DNA of 63,677 bases, the filler included, from Deltaproteobacteria bacterium (GTDB lineage Bacteria; JAEEML01), in NCBI GenBank assembly GCA_016283195.1. It is 5 parts of 5 records of this genome, joined end to end, with 100 filler letters (N's around TTAATTAATTAA, not from the genome) between each part and the next. Parts side by side here need not be neighbours in the genome. Positions count along the whole stretch, not along the records: positions 52,210 to 58,534 come from JAEEML010000154.1; positions 58,635 to 63,677 come from JAEEML010000157.1; 3 more parts are not named here. The stretch is one strand, 5' to 3'. This document shows positions 56,268 through 63,677 of the stretch, one piece after another; position 1 is the stretch's first letter, and each line of letters starts with the position of its first letter. The position numbers were made by a program, and so were the translations under genes. Below the pieces are notes generated by a model that was not told where the DNA came from, searched no databases, and worked only from the letters and a program-made list of their open reading frames with translations.

Positions 56268-58193
56268 TTATCCTTTTTTAGTTATAGAGCTCAAAGAGAG
56301 GGGCTGATAAGGCTCGCCGCCTCCCGTAAAGCCAAGGTTTTTGTAAAATTCCACAAAAGTAAGACGCAGCGGATGCACAACGCTACTCACCAGCGAGAGG
56401 GCAAAGTTGATGGCATGGCCAAGTAGCATGATGAGCACAGTAAAGATAGCAAGCGGTGTAGCCCAATCGGCAGCGCCGCTTTCATTGGTAATGATTTTGA
56501 GGGCCAAATCATTAAACGAAGCGCCCACGAGTCCGCTCCCGAGCCCCAGAGCAAAGAGGCGGATATAAGAGAGCAAATCGCCCATTATGCCGGTAATAAA
56601 GCTATATAGGTCGTAAAGACCAATAGCCGGGCGGATAAAGATGCTCTTCTCCGGTGAGCCGAAGAAGAGTAGCAAAAAGATGCCGGCAAAAGTAAGGGCC
56701 ATGCCCAGCCAGTCGGGGCCAAGAGTTAGAATCCAGCCCAAGGGATAGCGCTCGCCCAGCGAGAAATCGGCCCAGCCCATATTCAGGAAATTAACTTTGG
56801 CAGCCCAAATGAGCGCGCCCACAAACATCAAAAGAGAGGAGAGAGGGCGGAGGGCATAGATGGGGCCATTTAGACGCCAGCTATTTACCATATTGATGAT
56901 CATGCCCAAAGAGAGTTGCAAAAAGCCGCAGAGGAGGGCAAAACTCATGGCAGGATAAACCATGATGCCGCCCTTTTTGTAAGAGGCGAGCGGCGGCAAG
57001 ATTTCTACATTTGGCAAAAGAGCGCCCTCTGTCCCCGGCCCGCCAAAGAGAGTAGCGCCGAAGAAAGTATTGAGCAAAAAGCCCGAAGCCAAAGTAGCTA
57101 GGCCCAAAACGCCAACGAGCCCCACCATGGAGCGCATATTTTTCGGGGCTTTAAAGAGCGCAATAAGCGCAGCCAGGCAAATGAGAGCGCCGTAGCCCAC
57201 ATCGCCCAAACAAACACCGAAAAAGAGCGTAAAGAAGGGGGCCAAAAAGGGCGTGGTCTCCACTTCGTGATAATCGGGCAATTGGTAAATCTCGGTAATG
57301 GGCAAAAAGAGGCGATTAAAGTGGTTATTTTTAAACTTAATCGGCGCTGCTTCGCCCTCTTCGACAGCCGAAATTTCATAATAGATATTTTTACTGGCCA
57401 AAAAGGCGCTCAGCTCTTTTTCGGCGGCGGCCGGGAAAAAGCCTTTTAGGGCCAAAACCTGCCCATCAAGGCAAGAGGCCAGGTCGGCTTTAGCGGCGTC
57501 AAAGCCCAATTTATCGCTTAGAAGCGCAGCATAACGTGTAAGATGGGCGGCGTTCTTAGCAAAAGAAGCAATTTCCTGCTCTACCTTCTCCCGCTCACTA
57601 CTAAGCGCTTTTTCTCTTTCTTTAAGAGTAGCGGCATCATCTTTGGGCAAGTACACATGCTCCGCCAGCGGCAGAGCTTCCGGCGGCAAGGTGGAAACAA
57701 TATAAGTAAGACCGCCCCGGCTGGTTATCTCGGTAAAAAGCGCCTCCCCGGCATCAACATTTTTTAGGAGTTCGGCGCGCAAAATGTAAAAATTAAGGCC
57801 GAGGCCGGCGGCGGCCAGTTTAGCTATAATTTCCGGGTTATAACTGCCCCAGGGCTCTATGGACGCTAAGTCCTTTTTAACCGCGATAAGCTCGTTATCC
57901 AGGCGATTTAATTCTGCTTTTAGCTTGCTAAAAGTAGTGATTAAATCTTTATAAAAAGCTAAATCTTCTTTAGCTTCCGGCAAATTATCCAGATCTTTGG
58001 CGCTCAGCGGCGGGAGCTCTTTTAAAACCTGCTGCACCTCTTTTAAAGAGGCACTGGTGGCTAAAAGATCACTCTTTTCGCCTTTAGCGAGTTCTTCCAC
58101 ATGGACCAGCCCCAATTTTTGCAAACCGCTTAGCACTTCGTCGCGATCGCTACAGTGCAGAAGCATGAGGAGCTTTTTCATGGTGACAATCAT
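56268..58193 (-). CDS. ntpI: V/A-type ATP synthase subunit I (a)
   Basis: FFG-x2-LGDVGYG, DLLSYIRLFALGL and VHPLRLTFVEFY. Confidence 0.93.
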   Translation of the reverse strand: MIVTMKKLLMLLHCSDRDEVLSGLQKLGLVHVEELAKGEKSDLLATSASLKEVQQVLKELPPLSAKDLDNLPEAKEDLAFYKDLITTFSKLKAELNRLDNELIAVKKDLASIEPWGSYNPEIIAKLAAAGLGLNFYILRAELLKNVDAGEALFTEITSRGGLTYIVSTLPPEALPLAEHVYLPKDDAATLKEREKALSSEREKVEQEIASFAKNAAHLTRYAALLSDKLGFDAAKADLASCLDGQVLALKGFFPAAAEKELSAFLASKNIYYEISAVEEGEAAPIKFKNNHFNRLFLPITEIYQLPDYHEVETTPFLAPFFTLFFGVCLGDVGYGALICLAALIALFKAPKNMRSMVGLVGVLGLATLASGFLLNTFFGATLFGGPGTEGALLPNVEILPPLASYKKGGIMVYPAMSFALLCGFLQLSLGMIINMVNSWRLNGPIYALRPLSSLLMFVGALIWAAKVNFLNMGWADFSLGERYPLGWILTLGPDWLGMALTFAGIFLLLFFGSPEKSIFIRPAIGLYDLYSFITGIMGDLLSYIRLFALGLGSGLVGASFNDLALKIITNESGAADWATPLAIFTVLIMLLGHAINFALSLVSSVVHPLRLTFVEFYKNLGFTGGGEPYQPLSLSSITKKG

Positions 58194-58534
58194 AATGCTT
58201 CCTCCTGCTCTTCGGCGGCCAGCTTTTCTTTCAAAATCTTTTGCGACGATTTGGCCAGATTTTCTTCATCTTCCATGTAGCGCTTGATTTTGAGAATAGA
58301 CTCTTTATAGCCGGGAATTTGCACTTTTTCATACAAATTGACCTTTTGGGTGGTCTTTTTGCGGGCGTATTCCAAAATATCGGTGGTGTGCTTGGCAATC
58401 TCTAGGCGCACGGAGAGCTCAATGAGCCCCTTATAGAGCTCAATGCCGCGCGGCAGCCAGCTGGGGCGGCTCACCAGGCTCTCTTCATCGAGCACAAAGT
58501 GAATCTCTTTTAGCGCGGGGATATTAACGCCGGC
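58190..58534 (-). CDS. ntpD: V/A-type ATP synthase subunit D, 5'-truncated
   Basis: KTTQKVNLYEKVQIP...IKRYMEDEE; frame open to the gap. Confidence 0.88.
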   Translation of the reverse strand, partial: AGVNIPALKEIHFVLDEESLVSRPSWLPRGIELYKGLIELSVRLEIAKHTTDILEYARKKTTQKVNLYEKVQIPGYKESILKIKRYMEDEENLAKSSQKILKEKLAAEEQEEAL

Positions 58535-58634
58535 NNNNNNNNNNNNNNNNNNNNNNNNNNNNNNNNNNNNNNNNNNNNTTAATTAATTAANNNNNNNNNN
58601 NNNNNNNNNNNNNNNNNNNNNNNNNNNNNNNNNN
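58535..58634. other. Assembly gap / artificial contig linker
   Basis: N-run with TTAATTAATTAA. Confidence 0.97.
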
Positions 58635-58636
58635 GG

Positions 58637-58849
58637 GCAGCGCAGTTTTATAACGATGCCATTGAGCGCTTTCCCAGTAACGAAATTATTCCCGATGCTT
58701 TTTTGCAACTGGCTTCGGCTCAGCAAAATATGCATCAGGATAGCGAGGCTATTGAGACTTTGCGTGAACTTATAGATAGTTACCCGGATACTATTGCAAC
58801 TAAGAAAGCCAGAGTGCGCCTTATGCAACTGGCAGTGACAGAAGAGTAA
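58637..58849 (+). CDS. C-terminal TPR of a YbgF/CpoB-like protein, 5'-truncated
   Basis: Manual translation AAQFYNDAIERFPSNEIIPDAFLQLA...AIETLRELIDSYPDTIATKKARVRL*. Confidence 0.7.
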   Translation, partial: AAQFYNDAIERFPSNEIIPDAFLQLASAQQNMHQDSEAIETLRELIDSYPDTIATKKARVRLMQLAVTEE

Positions 58850-58857
58850 GGATTACC

Positions 58858-59997
58858 ATGAAACGACGTCACGTTATCGGCATTATTCCTCTTATTTGTG
58901 CTGCTTCCGCCAATATGGCTTTGGCCCAGGAAATCAGGACAAGCGACAATGAACCCAATCAAACAGAGTCGCCGGGGGAGCCCTCCGTGCCTGAAACATA
59001 CATAGTGCAGCCAGGTGATACCTTGTGGGATATCAGTGCCAATATTTTGCAAAATCCCTGGTACTGGCCCAAAGTGTGGTCTTATAACCCCGATATCACC
59101 AATCCCCATGTGATTTATCCCGGAGATACTATTCGCTTTCAGCAGCCACCGGCCTCTGAAATGCCCGTTATGGCCGATTACGCTTCGCGGCGCGGCGAGT
59201 TTCCCGGTGACAGTGCCGAGGAGGGCGGGCAAAGCACAAATGCTGCAGGTAGCGAAGAGCAGCCGGGAGTAAAGAGGCGGCCGGTATTTGAAATTATCAG
59301 CGATGTGGCTACTGTGCACAGAGCGCCGGGAACCATACAAGTGATGGTTGACTCGCTTATTACTAAGGATGAGCTGGAAGCAAGCGGTGTTATTTTTAAA
59401 GCAGCCGAAGAGCGCATTTTGCTAACTCCCGGAGACAAGATTTATTTAAAATTCCCCGGCGGTCAGGATGTGGAAGTGGGCGCGCAGTACCTTATTTTCC
59501 GCACGATTGAAAAAGTTAAACACCCGAAGAGCAAGGAGTCATACGGCTATCTCACGCAGATTACCGGCATGGCCGAAGTTACTATGGTACATGAAAAAAT
59601 GGCCACAGCCATAATTAAAAAGAGCTCGGCCATTGTTGAACGCGGCCAGTTTGTTATGCCACTCACCGATGATGTCTATCGCCTGGTGGAGCCAAAAAAT
59701 AATGAGAGTGAAGTGCGCGGCGTGGTCTTGGCTACTAAGTTTCAAGAGACTAAACTCATTGGCGAGCAGGAGCTCATATTTATTGATAAAGGCCGGAAAG
59801 ATGGAGTAGCTGTCGGCAATACTTTTAAGGCCGTTTACCGCGGCGATCCCCTTTGGGGCGAAGATGAAGAGCTGCCGGAAGAAGAAATAGCTACTTTGCG
59901 CGTTGTCGATGTCAAGGAGGAGGTCTCTACGGCTTTGGTATTGCATGCGAGACGTGAAATAGATATCGGTACTCCGGTGGTTATGAAACCTTGGTAA
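58858..59997 (+). CDS. LysM peptidoglycan-binding protein, TsaP-like
   Basis: Signal peptide; YIVQPGDTLWDIS...NPWYWPKVW-x2-NP-x-I-x-NPH-x-IYPG; C-terminal IDKG-x2-DGV-x2-G. Confidence 0.8.
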   Translation: MKRRHVIGIIPLICAASANMALAQEIRTSDNEPNQTESPGEPSVPETYIVQPGDTLWDISANILQNPWYWPKVWSYNPDITNPHVIYPGDTIRFQQPPASEMPVMADYASRRGEFPGDSAEEGGQSTNAAGSEEQPGVKRRPVFEIISDVATVHRAPGTIQVMVDSLITKDELEASGVIFKAAEERILLTPGDKIYLKFPGGQDVEVGAQYLIFRTIEKVKHPKSKESYGYLTQITGMAEVTMVHEKMATAIIKKSSAIVERGQFVMPLTDDVYRLVEPKNNESEVRGVVLATKFQETKLIGEQELIFIDKGRKDGVAVGNTFKAVYRGDPLWGEDEELPEEEIATLRVVDVKEEVSTALVLHARREIDIGTPVVMKPW

Positions 59998-60019
59998 TAA
60001 TTAACTTACGGGAATTATA

Positions 60020-60718
60020 ATGAAAATTTGCAAAATTAATCTTATGCAGTTTAACCAGACAGCGGCTCTTGATTTTCATCGGCATATTGCCGATATCATT
60101 GCCGGTGAGTGGGGTGAGCGCGAGCGGCCGGCAGCGCTTTTGGCTTATTACCAGGCTATTAAAGACTTTCGGGCGGTAATCGGCGACCTGGCCGAAGAAG
60201 AAGATCTCTTTGCCGCCATGCACGAATATGATTTAAAAGTTGATAATGCCTGGCGCGGCCTTAAAGCGAGTATTCTTGTGGCCTGTTACCACCCTAACGA
60301 AGATATCAGAAATGCCGGCGAAATGGTGGACAGCATTTTGAGTGCTTATGATAATCCTGTTAATTTACCGCTGGTTACCGAGCATCACATTATCTCTGAA
60401 GTTCTTAGCGAACTCGAAGAACTCGACCCGGCTGTTTTAGACATGGCCGGGGTCTCTTTTTGGCTAAACGAAGTGAGCAGCAATTTTGACCGCCTAATGG
60501 AAATTTACGCTCAGCGTCTCCAAGGCCTTTCCGATGAAGTAGCCGGCAAAGCGCGTGATGCCCGCCTTTTGCTGCATCGGGCTTATAATGATTTTATCAC
60601 CTATTTAGCGGCTCTCTGCCTGGTGGAAGGCGAAGAGGAATATAGCGATTTAATCCGCGCTCTTAATGAATATATTATGAATAAGCGCTCGGAATATAAA
60701 GCAAAAATACTAATATAA
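60020..60718 (+). CDS. All-helical hypothetical protein (DUF6261-like)
   Basis: Helical pattern D-x3-D-x2-W-x-GL...HP...A...Y...L-x2-LN resembles a Bacteroidota family. Confidence 0.5.
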   Translation: MKICKINLMQFNQTAALDFHRHIADIIAGEWGERERPAALLAYYQAIKDFRAVIGDLAEEEDLFAAMHEYDLKVDNAWRGLKASILVACYHPNEDIRNAGEMVDSILSAYDNPVNLPLVTEHHIISEVLSELEELDPAVLDMAGVSFWLNEVSSNFDRLMEIYAQRLQGLSDEVAGKARDARLLLHRAYNDFITYLAALCLVEGEEEYSDLIRALNEYIMNKRSEYKAKILI

Positions 60719-60738
60719 TCTAACTGGCAATCGTTCTT

Positions 60739-61413
60739 ATGGATATTTTAAAAGAACTTACCTCTCTTGCCGATAATAATTACAAAGAATTTCACCAAAA
60801 GTTGATACCGGGAGTGGATAGAGCGCTTATTTTAGGTGTTAGAGTCCCCAAAGTGCGTCTTTTGGCCAAAGAGCTCTCTAAAAGCGGGGAAGGGGCCGCC
60901 TTTATGGCAGAACTCCCGCATCATTATTATGATGAAAATATGCTCCACGCGCTCCTCCTGAATGAATTAAAAAAGCCGGACATTATCTATAGCGAGCTTA
61001 CGCGCTTTGGACCATTTATTGATAATTGGGCCGTTTGTGATGCCTTGGTTTTAAAGCCGCTCGCTAAAGAGCCGGAGCGCTTTTGGCAATATATCAAGAA
61101 GGCGCTTAATAAGCCTGAACTTTATGTGAAACGTTTGGCTATCAATATGCTCATGCGCCATTTTTTGGACGCGGCCTTTCAAAAAGAGCAGCCGGAACTG
61201 GTGGCAAATATTGCAACTGATGAATATTATTTAAATATGAGTGCCGCTTGGTATTTTGCTACCGCTCTAGCCAAACAGCGCGAAATTATTTGGCCCTATT
61301 TTGCCGAAAAAAGGCTTAAAGAACCGGTGCTTAAAATGGCTATTCGCAAATGTTTGGAAAGTTACAGAATTAAAGCGGAAGATAAAGCGGAACTTAGAAA
61401 AATGCGCGGGTAA
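60739..61413 (+). CDS. DNA alkylation repair protein (AlkD-like HEAT repeat)
   Basis: LGVRVP-x2-R-x-LAK, LPHHYYDE, IDNWAVCD and EYYLNM-x2-AWYFATAL. Confidence 0.85.
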   Translation: MDILKELTSLADNNYKEFHQKLIPGVDRALILGVRVPKVRLLAKELSKSGEGAAFMAELPHHYYDENMLHALLLNELKKPDIIYSELTRFGPFIDNWAVCDALVLKPLAKEPERFWQYIKKALNKPELYVKRLAINMLMRHFLDAAFQKEQPELVANIATDEYYLNMSAAWYFATALAKQREIIWPYFAEKRLKEPVLKMAIRKCLESYRIKAEDKAELRKMRG

Positions 61414-61427
61414 AAAGTTTAGAACTC

Positions 61428-63347
61428 TTAGGCCTCTTCGAACTCGGCATCAACCACTTTGCCATCAGCGGCGGCAGAGCCGGCATCAGCGGTATTTGCA
61501 GCACCGGCAGCAGCTCCGGCAGCACCGGCACCCGGGTTGGCACCGGCATTAGCCGATTGATACATCACTTCGGCCATCTTGTGCGCGCTCTGCTGCAGCT
61601 CTTCAGTGGCATTTTTGATGCGATCGACATCGCCGGAATTTAAGGCCTCTTTGGCCTTGGAAATCTTGGCCTCGATATCGCTGATGATGGCGGCATCAAC
61701 TTTATCCTTATATTCTTTGATATTCTTTTCCAGCTGATAGACTAGGCTATCCAGCTCGTTTTTGGCTTTAATTTCTTCGCGCCGTTTTTGGTCATCGCTG
61801 GCGTGTTGTTCAGCCTCTTTGACCATCTTATCGATATCGGCATCGGTGAGGCCGGAGCTCGAGGTAATGGTAATGTGTTGCTCTTTGTTGGTGGCTTTAT
61901 CTTTAGCCGTCACGTTGACAATACCGTTGGCATCGATATCAAAGGTGACTTCGATTTGCGGAATGCCACGCGGTGCCGGCGGAATGCCATCAAGATTAAA
62001 GCGGCCCAAGGTGCGGTTTTGGCTGGCCATCGGCCGCTCGCCCTGTAGCACGTGCACTTCGACCGAGTGCTGATTATCAGCGGCAGTGGTGAAGATCTCG
62101 CTCTTTCTCGTGGGAATGGTGGTGTTCCGGGTGATCATCGGAGTCATCACGCCGCCTTGGGTTTCAATACCTAAGGAAAGCGGGGTGACATCGAGAAGCA
62201 GCAAATCTTTTACTTCACCGGTTAAAACACCGGCCTGAATAGCGGCACCCATAGCCACAACTTCATCGGGGTTCACTGAGCGGTTAGGCTCTTTGCCAAA
62301 GAATTCTTTAACGATTCTTTGTACATAAGGCACACGGGTAGAACCACCGACCAGCACTACTTCATCTATATCAGAGGGCTTTTTGCCGGCATCTTGCAAA
62401 GCTTTTCTACAGGGCTCCAAAGATCTATCAGCGAGGTCAGCGATGAGGCTTTCCAGTTTAGCTCTGGAGAGGCGGATATTCATGTGTTTCGGGCCAGTGG
62501 CATCGGCAGTTAAGAAGGGCAGATTGACCTCGGTCTCCATGGCTGTAGAGAGCTCGATTTTGGCTTTTTCTGCCGCTTCTTTCAGTCGCTGCAAAACCAT
62601 CTTATCATTAGAGACATCAATACCGGTGTCTTTCTTGAATTCGCTCACCAAAAAGTCGATGATCTTTTGATCAAAGTTATCGCCGCCCAGGTGGGTATCA
62701 CCGTTGGTGGAGACAACTTCTACAATGTTTTCGCCAATTTCCAAAATGGAGATATCAAAAGTACCGCCACCGAAATCGTAAACGGCGATGACTTCATCTT
62801 TCTTCTTATCCATACCGTAGGCGAGAGCTGCGGCCGTCGGCTCGTTGATAATACGTTTGACTTCGAGGCCGGCGATTTTACCGGCATCTTTGGTGGCCTG
62901 ACGCTGGCTGTCGTTGAAGTAAGCGGGGACAGTAATAACGGCCTCGGTGACTTCCTGGCCCAAATAAGACTCGGCGGCCCGTTTTAATTTCTGCAAAATC
63001 TTGGCGCTGATCTCCGGCGGGGAGAAGACTTTGCCGCCCACGCTCACAGCGGCATCGCCGTTATCACGCGAGACTACTTTATAAGGCACTGTACCAATTT
63101 CTTCTTGAATTTCATTGGTTTTGCGGCCCATGAAACGCTTGATGGAAAAGATAGTGTTTTCCGGGTTGGTGACAGCCTGACGGCGCGCCACCTGGCCGAC
63201 GATGATTTCACCGTCTTTGGTGAAAGCTACGGTTGAAGGAGTGGTGCGGCCACCCTCTTCATTGGTGAGTACCTTGGCTTCTTTGCCTTCCATTACGGAA
63301 ACTACGCTGTTGGTCGTTCCTAGGTCAATACCGATAATCTTAGACAT
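61428..63347 (-). CDS. dnaK: Chaperone DnaK (Hsp70)
   Basis: [27 protein letters not shown] and [14 protein letters not shown]. Confidence 0.99.
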   Translation of the reverse strand: MSKIIGIDLGTTNSVVSVMEGKEAKVLTNEEGGRTTPSTVAFTKDGEIIVGQVARRQAVTNPENTIFSIKRFMGRKTNEIQEEIGTVPYKVVSRDNGDAAVSVGGKVFSPPEISAKILQKLKRAAESYLGQEVTEAVITVPAYFNDSQRQATKDAGKIAGLEVKRIINEPTAAALAYGMDKKKDEVIAVYDFGGGTFDISILEIGENIVEVVSTNGDTHLGGDNFDQKIIDFLVSEFKKDTGIDVSNDKMVLQRLKEAAEKAKIELSTAMETEVNLPFLTADATGPKHMNIRLSRAKLESLIADLADRSLEPCRKALQDAGKKPSDIDEVVLVGGSTRVPYVQRIVKEFFGKEPNRSVNPDEVVAMGAAIQAGVLTGEVKDLLLLDVTPLSLGIETQGGVMTPMITRNTTIPTRKSEIFTTAADNQHSVEVHVLQGERPMASQNRTLGRFNLDGIPPAPRGIPQIEVTFDIDANGIVNVTAKDKATNKEQHITITSSSGLTDADIDKMVKEAEQHASDDQKRREEIKAKNELDSLVYQLEKNIKEYKDKVDAAIISDIEAKISKAKEALNSGDVDRIKNATEELQQSAHKMAEVMYQSANAGANPGAGAAGAAAGAANTADAGSAAADGKVVDAEFEEA

Positions 63348-63570
63348 TATATTTACCTCCTCTTATAGGGTATTTCTGCATTTTGCCTGCCAGTTTCCCG
63401 GCGGCAAACTGTAACGTAAGGCCGAAAGAAGCGCTGTCAAGTGGGGGGAGAAAAAAATCCTATAAAAAAATGCTTTTAAGCGACGGTAAGCCATAATGCC
63501 GCTTGAAATAGCCGCTAAACTTGCCTAGAATACCCGGCGGAAATTTTCTGCAGGCCGAGGAGGTCCTTTG

Positions 63571-63677
63571 ATGAACGTTGTTTTTTTGTCGCCCAGTTTT
63601 CCCCCTAATTATTATCAGTTCTGCACCGCTTTAAAACGGGCCGGGGCCAATGTGCTGGCTGTGGGCGATGCGCCTTA
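63571..63677 (+). CDS. ATP-grasp / carboxylate-amine ligase-like protein, N-terminus only
   Basis: GAGGAGG RBS; MNVVFLSPSFPPNYYQFC-x2-L-x3-GANVLAVGD. Confidence 0.6.
   Translation, partial: MNVVFLSPSFPPNYYQFCTALKRAGANVLAVGDAP

Noticed and set aside
25756-58634. Recurrent TTAATTAATTAA motif inside four N-runs
   Set aside because: Artificial six-frame-stop contig linker. ORFs running into it and gene neighbourhoods across it are not biological.
63348-63570. CIRCE element or grpE/dnaJ next to dnaK
   Set aside because: No TTAGCACTC-N9-GAGTGCTAA is present. A stand-alone dnaK is common in genomes with several paralogs.

Overview
Five unlinked contig pieces of a bacterial draft genome/MAG, joined by N-runs with an artificial TTAATTAATTAA linker (gaps at 25756-25855, 46160-46259, 52110-52209, 58535-58634), so adjacency across gaps means nothing. 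Gene content suggests an anaerobic, probably gut-associated Myxococcota/'deltaproteobacterial' lineage (inference): MYXO-CTERM-like matrixin, TsaP-like LysM protein, ExeA-like ATPase, FISUMP lipoproteins, V-type ATPase, and genes of Bacteroidota/Firmicutes flavour. Housekeeping and metabolic genes include uvrC, a xanthine dehydrogenase-family operon, preTA, glk, upp, rpsB-tsf, rlmD, ygeW, V-ATPase K/I/D, dnaK, tRNA-Arg(CCG) and tRNA-Leu(TAG). The most interesting region is contig 2. (1) A tandem array of three paralogous, signal-peptide-less proteins has two near-invariant helical blocks around a hypervariable middle. The C-terminus resembles type III secretion filament/needle subunits (Bsp22/EspA/SctF style). 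One copy carries a DUF1521/MIIA-like GD|PH autocleavage domain and another is split by a single in-frame amber codon. (2) Modular EGF-repeat plus FISUMP surface lipoproteins occur with an orphan FISUMP module. (3) A dispersed, structured ~330-bp non-coding repeat family sits at the borders of accessory genes. (4) An Rpn-family nuclease gene is bracketed by a perfect 22-bp inverted repeat and has an internal SD+ATG for a small C-terminal protein.
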